DNA of 64,000 nt from Bdellovibrio sp. (GTDB taxonomy: Bacteria; Bdellovibrionota; Bdellovibrionia; Bdellovibrionales; Bdellovibrionaceae). A program made the position numbers and the translations under genes. The stretch covers positions 1-64,000 of the forward strand of contig JAKFBS010000011.1 in the NCBI GenBank assembly GCA_036677065.1. Direction: 5' to 3'. The stretch's first letter is position 1, and each line of letters starts with the position of its first letter. Below, one piece after another: positions 1-10,719 of the stretch. The notes below the pieces were generated by a model. It made no database searches. It saw only the letters and a program-made list of their open reading frames with translations, and was not told the origin of the DNA.

Positions 1-3000
1 AGTCATTGTATCGCCAGCGCGATTAACCGGAACATAACCTAAAGCTGAAGTCACATTTGAATTCGTTAATGAAATCTCACCAGCACCAGTTACCGTGATG
101 TTACTTCCGATTGAAACAACACCCGTGTTCGTCGCATCAGCTACACGTAAAGTTTGTGACGAAACCGAAGTTAAGCGGCCAAATGCATCTACTGTAATGA
201 TCGGAATTGTGAATGATGTTCCGTATGTAGCAGCTGTTACGCCACTGTTTGCTAAACCGATCACCGGAGCTGATGCCGGGCCAGTCACTGTGATTGGAAC
301 TGTCGATGAAACTGCTCCGCCTGGTGCGAAACCTAAAGCTGCTGTTATGTCAGATGATACTAATTGTGAACCGCTTGTAACACGGCCTTTACCATCTACA
401 GTTACTTTCGTGTATTGTGTTCCGCTGGTTACGCCAGCGCCTACAGAAATTAACTGTAAGTCACCAGTGTTTGACATTGTCGCATCGCCATTCATGTAAA
501 CAGCTGTGGCAACACCAGAAGCATTACCTACGAACATTGTGCCGCTGGCAATTGCCGCGCTCATGATCGGAACCCAAGTTGTTTGCACCATACCCGCAGT
601 TGCAGAAGAAATACCTAATGCATAACCTGCAGGTGGAACCACACCGTTATTTGGTAAAATGATGTCGTAGTTCGGCGTACCGATTGGCGTGAAGATACCG
701 ATTGAATTTGTTAAACCATTTTGAATACGTAAGTTACGTTGTACAGTCATATCCTGTACTGTCGTGATGTTATTTGCGATGAAGTTACCATTAGAATCGC
801 GGCGTACAATTGTACCACTTGAATTTTGGTCAGTAGCATTGATTGTATCACTTACGCTTTGTGAAATTTGCGCAGAAGTTTTTTCGCCCACTGTAGCTAC
901 AACAGTTGCTGAAAGTGAACCGGTTACATCACCTGATAAAGAGGCGCCTAAGGCTGTGATCACGTTACCGCTAGTGATTGAAATTACACCCGCAGTTACA
1001 GTGATATTATCACCAACTTGCACCACACCGTTTTCAGTAGTTGATGCAGAACGAAGAGCTGCTGATGTTACGCCAGTTGTGCGCCCGAAAGCGTCTACAG
1101 TTACAACTGGAACAGTTGCTGAAGAACCGAATGTTCCTGCCGTTACCCCGCTATTTGCCAAACCGATTACCGGAGTTGAAACGCCGCCTGTGATCACGAT
1201 TTGACCCACAACACCTGATACTGCAGTTACTTTATCAACGAATGATTGAAATTCAGTATTTGTAATCGCACCCTGAGTTACTCCGGCACTTGCTGCCATC
1301 GGGAAGTTAAATGTATGCAATCCATTTGCAGTTGCAACCGCAAAAGATGTTCCTGCGGAACCTGTGGCGAAAGCTTGTGTTCCAGAAGTTGATCCATTTA
1401 ATGAAGTGACAGCGCCCGAGTTGTTTAAAACAGTTTTCCAGTCACTGTCTGCGCTATCGTAATACTGGATTGTTTTGTTATCAGTATTGTAAATTTGCAG
1501 ACCATCAGTTGTCGCACCAGAAACGATAGCATTACGTTGCACTGTCGTCATACGCGGAATCAAGATACCTTTAGTAGTCGATGCGATATCTAAAATTGCT
1601 GAAGCGTTTGCAGCTGCAGTACCAAGGGCAATTGTGTTCGATACTACTAATGATGGAGTAGTTAATCCACCAGTCATTGTATCGCCAGCAAGATTTACCG
1701 GAGTAAAACCTAACGCTGAAGTTACATTTGAATTTGTTAAAGAAATTTGGCCAGCACCATTTACAGTGATGTTACTTCCGATTGAAACAACACCCGTATT
1801 CACGGTGTCTGCTACACGTAAAGATTCTGAAGTTACTGATGTAATACGCCCAAAAACATCTACTGTGATGATCGACATTGTACCAGAAGCCCCGTAAGTC
1901 GCGGCGGTTACGCCACTGTTTGCCATACCGATGACAGAATTCGATGCGCCACCTGTTACCGTTAACGGTGCTGTAGTCGAAACTACTCCGCTTGGAGTGT
2001 AGCCTAAAGCTGAAATCACATCTGCAGAATCTAATTGGGCACCACTTGTTACGCGGCCTTTACCATCAACAGTTACTTTCGTGTATTGCGCCCCAGAAGT
2101 TACATTTGCACCGACACTAGAAAGAGTCAGTTCACCTGTATTTGATAAAGTGGCATCACCTGAAAGAAGGACTCCTACCGCAGAACCTGATGCGCTACCT
2201 ACGTAAATATGTGCGCTTGATAACATATCTGTTAATACATTAGCCCAACGTGTATTAATCACAGTTCCTGTTGAACCTGAAGCTACCGCTAATACTTGGC
2301 CCACTGTTGGAGCGACGGCATTGCTTGGTAATACGATATCATAACTTGGCGTAGCAATCGGCGTTGTGATACCGATGTAATTTGTCATACCGTTTTGTAC
2401 ACGCAAGTTACGTTGTACGGTCATATCCTGCACTGTTGTGATGTTATTAGCAGAAAAATCACCGTTATTATCACGGCGTACAATTGTTGAACTAGAATTT
2501 AAATGAGTTGCCGTGATTGTATCACTTACACTTTGTGAAATCTGTGCTGCAGTTTTTCCACCCACAGTTTGTACTACCGTTGCATCAAGTGTTCCTGATA
2601 CATCGCCACCTAAAGATCCTACGGCTGCGATCACGTTACCACTTGTGACTGAAATTGTTCCGGCAGATAAAGTAATGTTTGAACCAATTTGCACGATACC
2701 TTTTGAACCAGCTGTTGCATCCGCATAAGCTTGTGCAGTTGCTGAAGTAATTCTACCCCAGGCATCAACAACAAAATTTGGAATCAACGTATCAGAGCCG
2801 TAAGAACCTGCAGTTACACCACTGTTTGCTAAAGTAATTACCGGTTGCGAACTTGTTCCAGTTAATACGATGGGCGCTGCTGCTGATACTATACCAACAG
2901 GAGTGTAACCTAAACCTGTAACTACATCAGCAAAAGCTAAATCGCTTCCGCTTGTTACACGGCCCCAAAGATCTACTGATACTTTTGGATATGTTCCTGA

Positions 3001-6000
3001 TGTTACTCCGCTAAACGCTAAACCAATCGTTGGATTTGATGAGCCACCAGTTAAGGTAATTGGTGAAGTTGATGAAACCGAACTCATTGGTAAATAACCT
3101 AACGCGGCTACGACATCTGCATTATCTAACTGCGCACCACTTGTTACACGGCCTTTACCATCTACCGTTAATTTCGTGTATTGAGAGCCAGAGACCACGC
3201 CTGCGAAATCTAATAAGCGGGCGTCAGCGATAATCCCGGTAGCACTTGCGCTTCCCAAATCAACAAAGTCTGCAGTTGCAAATGTACCTAAACCTAAATT
3301 TGTACGTGCCGTAGCACTTGAAGCTAAATCACTTAAGTCGTTAGCTCTTCTTAAGAATGTACCAGAGACAGCATCATCCATTGGCGTATAACCTAAGCCG
3401 GTAGCGATATCTGTGAATGCTAAATTACTTCCGCTTGTTACACGACCCCAGATATCAACTGAAACTTTTGGATATGTTCCTGAAATTACACCTGAAATGT
3501 CTAAACTGATCATTGGATTAGATACACCGCCCGTGATTGATAACGGAGACGACACACTGACTGAATTCATTGGTGTGTAACCTAAACCTGTTGTGATATC
3601 GGCAACGTTTAAATCGCTTCCGCTAGTTACGCGGCCCCAAAGATCTACTGATACTTTTGGATATGTTCCTGAAGTTACACCTGAATTTGCTAAACTGATG
3701 ACTGGATTTGAGGCCGTGCCCGTTAAAACTAACGGCGTCGCCGCTGAAACACTGGCTACCGGTGAATATCCTAAACCTGTAGTCACATCTGTAAAATCTA
3801 AAAGGCTACCGCTTGTTACACGACCCCAAAGATCAACAGACACTTTCGGATATGTTCCTGAAGTCACACCACTGAAAGCTAAACCGATTATTGGATTTGA
3901 TGCGCCACCAGTTAATGTGATTGGTAAAGTTGATGAAACCGAACTCATTGGTGCAAAACCTAATGCTGTTACGATATCTGCATTATCTAACTGGGCACCA
4001 CTTGTTACGCGGCCTTTACCATCTACTGTTAATTTCGTGTATTGAGTTCCAGAAGTTACATTTGAAAAATCTTGTAATCTTGCATCAGCGATAATTCCTG
4101 TAGCCGATGCACTGCCAAGATCAACAGTATCTGCTGTTGCGAATGTTCCTAAACCTAAATTTGTACGAGCTGTAGCTGAAGAAGTTAAATCACTTAAATT
4201 ATTTGCTCTGCGCACGTAAGTTCCTGAAGCGGCATCATCAGCCGGTGTATAGCCTAAAGCTGTCACTACATCTAAAGCAGCTAATTGACCACCACTGACT
4301 ACGCGGCCTTTACCATCAACCGTAACTTTCGTATATTCAGTACCCGAAGTTACATTTGCACCAACATTGATTAATTGCAAACTACCAGAACTAGACATTG
4401 TCGCATCGCCAGTAACTTGCATACCGACGGCTGCACCAGAAGCACTACCTACGAAAATGTAACCTGGATTTAACATGTCTGTTAATGTGCTATACCAACG
4501 AGTTGCGATCACAGTTCCTGTTGAACCTGAAGCCACCGCTAAAACCTGGCCCACTGTTGGTGGCACCGCATTGTTTGGTAAGATAATATCGTAATTAGGT
4601 GTTGCGATCGGTGTTGTGATACCGATGTAATTTGTCATGCCGTTTTGTACACGTAAGTTACGTTGTACAGTCATATCCTGAACTGTCGTGATGTTATTCG
4701 CCGTAAAGTCACCGTTGTTATCACGGCGAACAATTGTTGAACTAGAATTTAAATGAGTTGCATTGATTGTATCACTTACGCTTTGTGAAATCTGCGCTGA
4801 AGTTTTTCCGCCAACAGTCATTACAACAGTGTTGTCTAATGTACCTGATACGTCTCCGCCTAGTGCACCCATCGCTGCAATTACATTTGCGCTGGTGATC
4901 GAAATTACACCTGTCGACAATGTGATATTGTCACCGATTTGCACGATACCTTTAGTACCCGAAGTTGCATCAGCGTAAACTTGTGTACCTGCAGAAGAAA
5001 TTCTACCAAATGCATCCACTGTAAAATATGGAATCAACGTATTCGATCCGTAAGTGCCGGCGATCACACCACTGTTTGATAAGCTGATTACTGGATTCGA
5101 AGCTGTACCCGTTAACACTAACGGAGAAGTTGCTGATACGCTGGCTACTGGCGAATAACCTAAACCAGTTGTCACATCTGCAAAGTCTAAAACTGTTCCG
5201 CTTGTTACACGGCCCCATAGATCTACTGAAACTTTAGGATATGTTCCTGACGTTACGCCGCTAAATTCTAACCCAATTGTTGGATTCGAAGCACCGCCAG
5301 TTAATGTGATTGGCGAAGTCGAAGACACACTGTTCATCGGAACATAGCCTAACGCTGCATTTACATCGGCATTCGTTAATTGCGCGCCGCTTGTTACACG
5401 GCCTTTGCCATCAACCATTATTTTTGTATATTCAGTACCTGAAACTACTCCGGCAAAATCCTGTAATCTTGCATCAGCGATAATTCCTGTAGCCGAAGCA
5501 CTTCCAAGATCAACAGTATCTGCTGTTGCGAACGTTCCTAAACCTAAATTAGTTCTGGCTGTAGCACTATTTGTTAAATCACTTAAATTATTTGCTCTTC
5601 TTACGTAAGTACCAGAAACCGCATCATCAGCCGGTGCATAACCTAAAGCCGTCACCACATCTGCATTATTTAATTGAGTTCCGCTAGTTACGCGGCCTTT
5701 ACCATCGACTGTAACTTTCGTGTACTGCGCACCCGAAGTTACACCGGCACCTATAGAAACTAATTGGAAATTACCTGTGTTTGAGATAGTCGCATCACCA
5801 CTCATGGCCATGCCTTCGGCTGTACCTGACGCATTACCTACGAAAATGTAACCCGGAGCCAAAACATCTGTTAATGCATTCATCCAACGAGTGGCAATTA
5901 TAGTTGCTGTTGAACCTGAAGCCACCGCTAAAACCTGACCTACTGTTGGAGCCACAGTGTTATTTGGTAAGATAATATCGTAATTTGGCGTAGCAATCGG

Positions 6001-9000
6001 CGTTGTGATACCGATGTAATTTGTCATGCCGTTTTGTACACGTAAGTTACGTTGTACAGTCATATCCTGAACTGTTGTGATGTTATTCGCCGTGAAGTCA
6101 CCGTTGTTATCACGGCGAACAATTGTTGAACTAGAATTTAAATGAGTTGCATCAATGGTATCACTGACTGATTGAGAAATCTGCGCTGAAGTTTTTCCGC
6201 CAACAGTCAGTACAACTGTGTTATCAAGAGTTCCTGAAACGTCTCCGCCTAGTGCGCCCATCGCTGCGATCACGTTTGCGCTCGTGATTGAAATTGTTCC
6301 TGTTGATAATGTAATGTTATCGCCGATTTGCACGATACCTTTAGCCGCATTTGTTGCGGCTGCATAAACTTGAGAACCTGCAGATGTGATTCGACCGAAA
6401 GCATCTACAGTAAAATATGGAATTAAAGTATTTGTACCGTAAGTCGTTGCAACCACACCGCTGTTTTCAAAACCAATCACCGGATTTGAAGCGCCACCAG
6501 TTAAAGTGATTGGCGCAGTTGATGATACTGTATTCATTGCCACGTAACCTAAGCCCGCGGTTACATCGGCATTATTTAATTGTGCGCCACTTGTTACGCG
6601 GCCTTTACCATCAACTGTAACTTTCGTATATTGTGCGCCTGAAGTTACTCCGGCACCTACAGAGGCTAACTGAATATTGCCAGTATCAGAAATAGTCGCA
6701 TCACCAGTCATCGCTACCGGTGTCGCAGTGCCTGAAGCATTGCCGACAATGATATATCCGGAAGCCAATATATCAGTTAAAGCATTAATCCAATTTGTCG
6801 CAATCAATGTTCCTGTTGAACCAGAGGCCACTGATAGAACCTGACCCACAGAGGGCGCCACAGAATTATTCGGTAAAATAATATCGTAATTCGGAGAAGC
6901 AATGGGTGCCGTAATACCGATATAATTTGTTAAACCATTTTGTACACGTAAGTTACGTTGTACAGTCATATCCTGAACTGTTGTGATGTTATTCGCCGTA
7001 AAGTCACCGTTGTTATCACGGCGAACAATTGTTGAACTAGAATTTAAATGAGTTGCATTAATTGTATCGCTGACTGATTGAGAAATCTGCGCTGCAGTTT
7101 TTCCGCCAACAGTCATTACAACTGTATTATCAAGTGTTCCTGAAACATCTCCGCCTAAAGAGCCCATCGCTGCAATCACATTTGCGCTCGTGATCGAAAT
7201 TACACCTGTCGACAATGTGATATTGTCACCGATTTGCACGATACCTTTAGTACCCGAAGTTGTATCAGCGTAAACTTGAGAACCTGCTGAAGTAATTCTA
7301 CCGAATGCGTCTACTGTAAAATATGGAATTAAAGTATTTGTACCGTAAGTCGTTGCAATCACACCGCTGTTTTCAAAACCAATCACCGGATTTGAAGCGC
7401 CACCAGTTAAAGTGATCGGCGAAGTCGATGAAACCGAATTCATCGGCACGTAACCAAGACCCGCTGTAACGTCAGCATTATTTAATTGAGAACCTGAAAT
7501 CACACGGCCTTTGCCATCAACTGTAACTTTCGTGTATTCAGTACCACTTGTTACACCGGCACCTACTGAAATTAACTGAAAGTTACCCGTATTCGACATC
7601 GTCGCATCACCGGTCATAGCTACACCTGATGCAATACCTGCAGCATTACCAACAAAGATGCTTCCTGAAGCTAATGAATCTGTTAAAGCACTGATCCAAG
7701 TTGTTAAAACTGTTGCGCTCGTTGTACCGGATGCTGCAGATAATACCTGGCCTACAGCCGGAGCCCCATTACCTGGTAAAACGATATCGTAATTTGAAAT
7801 ACCAATCGGAGTCGTAAGTCCGATGTAACCGCCAACCAATCCATCTTGTACACGCAAATTACGTTGTACAGTCATATCTTGAACTGTCGTAATATTATTT
7901 GCAGTGAAGTCACCGTTATTATCACGACGAACAATTGTGCCGCTTGAATTCAAATGAGTCGCATCAATTGTATCACTGACTGATTGAGAAATTTGAGCTG
8001 AATTTTTTCCGCCAACAGTCATCACAACGGTATTATCAAGGGTTCCTGAAACATCTCCGCTTAAAGAGCCTAATGCAGTAATGACGTTACCACTTGTGAT
8101 CGAAATCACACCGGCTGTAACGGTAATGTTATTACCGATTTGCACGATACCTTTAGTTACATTCGTAGCATCAGCATAGGTTGTTGAAGTTGCTGAAGTG
8201 ATGCGCCCAAATTCATCAATCATAAAATTTGGAATTAATGTATTCGAGCCGTAGGCGCCAGAAACAACACCGCTAAATTCAAAACCAATCACTGGATTTG
8301 AAGTGCCACCAGTAAGTGTGATCGGAGAAGTAGATGATACAGTGTTCATAGGCACATAACCTAAGCCTGCTACCACGTCGGCATTAGTTAACTGGCTTCC
8401 ACTTGTTACGCGGCCTTTGCCATCGACTGTGACTTTCGTATACTCGGTACCACTTGTTACTGCAGCCCCAACACCAACTAATTGCAAATCACCAGTATCA
8501 GATAATGTCGCATCGCCTGACATAGCTACAGCTGTTGCTGTACCAGAAGCGTTACCGACAAAAAAGTTACCCGGCGCTAAAACATCAGAAAGTGCCGTAA
8601 CCCAAGTTGTAAAAATTGTTGAACTGGTTGTGCCGGAAGCCGCCGACAACACCTGCCCGATTGATGGCGCGCCGTTACCCGGTAACACGATATCGTAATT
8701 TGAAATACCTATCGGAGTCGTAAGGCCAATGTAACCGCCAACCAATCCATCTTGTACACGCAAATTACGTTGTACAGTCATATCCTGAACTGTCGTGATA
8801 TTATTTGCAGTGAAGTCACCATTATTATCACGCATCACTAATGTTGCACTTGAGTTGGCAGACGAAGCTAATTTACAGATCCAGCTGGTTCCGTTAAAAT
8901 ACGGGACTTCATTAGCAGTACAAACTGTACTGGTTAACGAAGCACCACCTGAAGTCACAGTAACAAATCCGTCACCAGTTAAAGCATTTGATCCTGTACC

Positions 9001-10719
9001 ACCACGTGCGATCGGCAATGTACCTGTCGTAATTTTTGAAGCATCTAAATCAGGGACATCAGAAGCTAATAAAGAAGTACCGCTTGTAACAATACCTTTA
9101 TTATCTACTGTGAATTTGGTGTATGTACCTGCAGATACACCGCTGTCCTGTAAACCCAGTTGCGGTGTCATTGAGGTACCGGCAATTGTTAAAGGAGCTG
9201 TAACTGTAACTGAAGCGACTTTATTATTAAAAATTGTAAAATTAACTGCTGATAAAAAACCATCAACTGCAGTGGTTGCTTCAGGAATAGAAATTGTCGG
9301 AGTCTGGCCACCCGTTGAAACTAAAGGTGCCGTTGCAGATACATTAGTTACGTTACCTGTCGTAGGCGAAATCCAAGAAGTTATTCCGTTAGCATCAGTA
9401 GCTAACACAAATCCATTGATAGGCACGGTGCTCGGTAAAGTTAATGTGTAACTTACAGCTAGAGCTGCCGGCACATTAATTGTGGCATTTTGCGTGTTTG
9501 CCGCATTAAAAAGTAAAATGTTTCTTGTTGAGTTATTCGTTGAAGAAATTGTGTTAACCGTAACATTACCCGAGCCATCACGCTTAACTAATGTTCCATT
9601 CACCAACGCTGAAGTTGCGGCAATTGTATCACCAACACTAGTTGAAATCGCAGAAGCAGATCTACCGCCTACGGTTGCAACGACTGTTGCCGAAATTACA
9701 CCTGTAACGTCGCCGCCTAAGGCTGTTGTTGTTTGAACTGCATTCACAATGCGTGGATCATTACCGGCCGCAACGGTGTTTGCTACAGCGCCGACATTCA
9801 CTGTTAAAAGTGGATCAATTGTCGGGTCATTTGAAGGAGGGCCGCCCGATACCGTTAAGTATGGGTTTGTCGAAGTTACAGATTTTACTGTTCCCGCAAT
9901 ACCTGGTTTAGCAATCCAGGCTGCGCCGTCGAAATACATAACTTCGCCACCAACATAAGTGCCACCAGCCGGATTAACTGTTCGGCCCATGATTCGGCTA
10001 ACAACTGTTGCAGACTGACCACCGGTGACCTCGCCAGATAATGGCACCGAGAAGTAAGCGACGGTCCCTTGTGAAGTTACATAGTATGAACTCTGACCTT
10101 TGATCGTCGCATCTAATTCTTCGTACAACGGACGAGTGATCGCCGGAACTGCATATGGAACCGGTACGCCGAAGCCATTGATTTCAACAACTCTTAATAA
10201 ACTTGGAGCACCGAATCCACCAACAGCATTCGTGTTTAAGGCCTCAATGGCCAATGGCACATAATTAATGGCCTGAGAAGGCAATGGCTCATAAGCGGCC
10301 CCGCCCGGTGGAACAAAAAATACATTCAACCGGCGAGAATTAACAGTACCTGGAACAGTACCCCCGTTAATACAATTAATTGTTCTTGTTGAATCAGTAA
10401 TAAAAATATCAGAAAACGGATTTAACAGCACAGCCGGTAAAGTCGAGCTTCCGCCATTCACTGTTAATACGAAGTTGCCATCAGCTGCCGTTAAATTCTG
10501 TGTTTGTGTCTCTTGATAAAGCACACATGTAGGCACGTCAGGATGAACAACTTGAATTAAGAATTGAATAGTTCCGCTGACCGGCGCATTAGCTGCGGCC
10601 GTATCTAAGATACGTCCATGGTAAGTTAATTGCGGGCCAAATTGGGCATTAGCCAATAATGGCGCGAAAAATAATAAAGCAATAAATAAACGATTGATGT
10701 AAGAGATTAGATTAATCAT
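1..10719 (-). CDS. Giant phage-tail-fibre-like surface adhesin (Bdellovibrio mosaic adhesive trimer-type fibre), >3573 aa, 3' end outside window
   Basis: ATG at 10719 overlaps the TGA of the upstream gene (ATGA). It reads MINLISYINRLFIALLFFAPLLANA-QFGPQLTYHGRILD...CVLYQETQ, i.e. a signal peptide plus the LTY(Q/H)GRI N-terminus typical of Bdellovibrio fibres. The same frame reads ALGYVPVNRAGDTMT at base 1. It contains many YTKVTVDGKGRVTSG and NLSDL..ARTNLGLG tail-fibre motifs. The ORF track lists no stop-terminated ORF in this frame, consistent with an open frame to the edge. Confidence 0.9.
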   Translation of the reverse strand, partial: MINLISYINRLFIALLFFAPLLANAQFGPQLTYHGRILDTAAANAPVSGTIQFLIQVVHPDVPTCVLYQETQTQNLTAADGNFVLTVNGGSSTLPAVLLNPFSDIFITDSTRTINCINGGTVPGTVNSRRLNVFFVPPGGAAYEPLPSQAINYVPLAIEALNTNAVGGFGAPSLLRVVEINGFGVPVPYAVPAITRPLYEELDATIKGQSSYYVTSQGTVAYFSVPLSGEVTGGQSATVVSRIMGRTVNPAGGTYVGGEVMYFDGAAWIAKPGIAGTVKSVTSTNPYLTVSGGPPSNDPTIDPLLTVNVGAVANTVAAGNDPRIVNAVQTTTALGGDVTGVISATVVATVGGRSASAISTSVGDTIAATSALVNGTLVKRDGSGNVTVNTISSTNNSTRNILLFNAANTQNATINVPAALAVSYTLTLPSTVPINGFVLATDANGITSWISPTTGNVTNVSATAPLVSTGGQTPTISIPEATTAVDGFLSAVNFTIFNNKVASVTVTAPLTIAGTSMTPQLGLQDSGVSAGTYTKFTVDNKGIVTSGTSLLASDVPDLDASKITTGTLPIARGGTGSNALTGDGFVTVTSGGASLTSTVCTANEVPYFNGTSWICKLASSANSSATLVMRDNNGDFTANNITTVQDMTVQRNLRVQDGLVGGYIGLTTPIGISNYDIVLPGNGAPSIGQVLSAASGTTSSTIFTTWVTALSDVLAPGNFFVGNASGTATAVAMSGDATLSDTGDLQLVGVGAAVTSGTEYTKVTVDGKGRVTSGSQLTNADVVAGLGYVPMNTVSSTSPITLTGGTSNPVIGFEFSGVVSGAYGSNTLIPNFMIDEFGRITSATSTTYADATNVTKGIVQIGNNITVTAGVISITSGNVITALGSLSGDVSGTLDNTVVMTVGGKNSAQISQSVSDTIDATHLNSSGTIVRRDNNGDFTANNITTVQDMTVQRNLRVQDGLVGGYIGLTTPIGISNYDIVLPGNGAPAVGQVLSAASGTTSATVLTTWISALTDSLASGSIFVGNAAGIASGVAMTGDATMSNTGNFQLISVGAGVTSGTEYTKVTVDGKGRVISGSQLNNADVTAGLGYVPMNSVSSTSPITLTGGASNPVIGFENSGVIATTYGTNTLIPYFTVDAFGRITSAGSQVYADTTSGTKGIVQIGDNITLSTGVISITSANVIAAMGSLGGDVSGTLDNTVVMTVGGKTAAQISQSVSDTINATHLNSSSTIVRRDNNGDFTANNITTVQDMTVQRNLRVQNGLTNYIGITAPIASPNYDIILPNNSVAPSVGQVLSVASGSTGTLIATNWINALTDILASGYIIVGNASGTATPVAMTGDATISDTGNIQLASVGAGVTSGAQYTKVTVDGKGRVTSGAQLNNADVTAGLGYVAMNTVSSTAPITLTGGASNPVIGFENSGVVATTYGTNTLIPYFTVDAFGRITSAGSQVYAAATNAAKGIVQIGDNITLSTGTISITSANVIAAMGALGGDVSGTLDNTVVLTVGGKTSAQISQSVSDTIDATHLNSSSTIVRRDNNGDFTANNITTVQDMTVQRNLRVQNGMTNYIGITTPIATPNYDIILPNNTVAPTVGQVLAVASGSTATIIATRWMNALTDVLAPGYIFVGNASGTAEGMAMSGDATISNTGNFQLVSIGAGVTSGAQYTKVTVDGKGRVTSGTQLNNADVVTALGYAPADDAVSGTYVRRANNLSDLTNSATARTNLGLGTFATADTVDLGSASATGIIADARLQDFAGVVSGTEYTKIMVDGKGRVTSGAQLTNADVNAALGYVPMNSVSSTSPITLTGGASNPTIGLEFSGVTSGTYPKVSVDLWGRVTSGTVLDFADVTTGLGYSPVASVSATSPLVLTGTASNPVISLSNSGVIAGTYGSNTLIPYFTVDAFGRISSAGTQVYADATSGTKGIVQIGDNITLSTGVISITSANVIAAMGALGGDVSGTLDNTVVMTVGGKTSAQISQSVSDTINATHLNSSSTIVRRDNNGDFTANNITTVQDMTVQRNLRVQNGMTNYIGITTPIATPNYDIILPNNAVPPTVGQVLAVASGSTGTVIATRWYSTLTDMLNPGYIFVGSASGAAVGMQVTGDATMSSSGSLQLINVGANVTSGTEYTKVTVDGKGRVVSGGQLAALDVVTALGYTPADDAASGTYVRRANNLSDLTSSATARTNLGLGTFATADTVDLGSASATGIIADARLQDFSNVTSGTQYTKLTVDGKGRVTSGAQLDNADIVTALGFAPMSSVSSTLPITLTGGASNPIIGLAFSGVTSGTYPKVSVDLWGRVTSGSLLDFTDVTTGLGYSPVASVSAATPLVLTGTASNPVISLANSGVTSGTYPKVSVDLWGRVTSGSDLNVADITTGLGYTPMNSVSVSSPLSITGGVSNPMISLDISGVISGTYPKVSVDIWGRVTSGSNLAFTDIATGLGYTPMDDAVSGTFLRRANDLSDLASSATARTNLGLGTFATADFVDLGSASATGIIADARLLDFAGVVSGSQYTKLTVDGKGRVTSGAQLDNADVVAALGYLPMSSVSSTSPITLTGGSSNPTIGLAFSGVTSGTYPKVSVDLWGRVTSGSDLAFADVVTGLGYTPVGIVSAAAPIVLTGTSSQPVITLANSGVTAGSYGSDTLIPNFVVDAWGRITSATAQAYADATAGSKGIVQIGSNITLSAGTISVTSGNVIAAVGSLGGDVSGTLDATVVQTVGGKTAAQISQSVSDTITATHLNSSSTIVRRDNNGDFSANNITTVQDMTVQRNLRVQNGMTNYIGITTPIATPSYDIVLPSNAVAPTVGQVLAVASGSTGTVINTRWANVLTDMLSSAHIYVGSASGSAVGVLLSGDATLSNTGELTLSSVGANVTSGAQYTKVTVDGKGRVTSGAQLDSADVISALGYTPSGVVSTTAPLTVTGGASNSVIGMANSGVTAATYGASGTMSIITVDVFGRITSVTSESLRVADTVNTGVVSIGSNITVNGAGQISLTNSNVTSALGFTPVNLAGDTMTGGLTTPSLVVSNTIALGTAAANASAILDIASTTKGILIPRMTTVQRNAIVSGATTDGLQIYNTDNKTIQYYDSADSDWKTVLNNSGAVTSLNGSTSGTQAFATGSAGTSFAVATANGLHTFNFPMAASAGVTQGAITNTEFQSFVDKVTAVSGVVGQIVITGGVSTPVIGLANSGVTAGTFGSSATVPVVTVDAFGRTTGVTSAALRSASTTENGVVQVGDNITVTAGVISITSGNVITALGASLSGDVTGSLSATVVATVGEKTSAQISQSVSDTINATDQNSSGTIVRRDSNGNFIANNITTVQDMTVQRNLRIQNGLTNSIGIFTPIGTPNYDIILPNNGVVPPAGYALGISSATAGMVQTTWVPIMSAAIASGTMFVGNASGVATAVYMNGDATMSNTGDLQLISVGAGVTSGTQYTKVTVDGKGRVTSGSQLVSSDITAALGFAPGGAVSSTVPITVTGPASAPVIGLANSGVTAATYGTSFTIPIITVDAFGRLTSVSSQTLRVADATNTGVVSIGSNITVTGAGEISLTNSNVTSALGYVPVNRAGDTMT
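728..8830 (-). repeat. Seven copies of a large intragenic repeat module in the fibre gene
   Basis: The near-identical DNA core (c)gtaagttacgttgtacagtcatatcctg, encoding NNITTVQDMTVQRNLR, occurs at about 730, 2401, 4651, 6041, 6947, 7853 and 8758. Spacing is about 906 bp for the first three intervals and longer where extra sub-modules are inserted. Confidence 0.9.

Noticed and set aside
728..8830. Repeats as a CRISPR array or diversity-generating retroelement
   Set aside because: The repeats are long, in-frame and coding, with no unique spacers. No cas or reverse transcriptase gene is in the window, and I saw no adenine-specific mismatch pattern.
95..9958. Numerous plus-strand ORFs (and 5003..5218 minus) listed in the first 10 kb
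   Set aside because: Antisense or off-frame shadows of the giant minus-strand fibre gene; their repetitiveness just mirrors its repeats.
1..10719. Prophage, suggested by the tail-fibre motifs
   Set aside because: The protein has a Sec signal peptide, and there are no capsid, terminase, integrase or other phage genes nearby.
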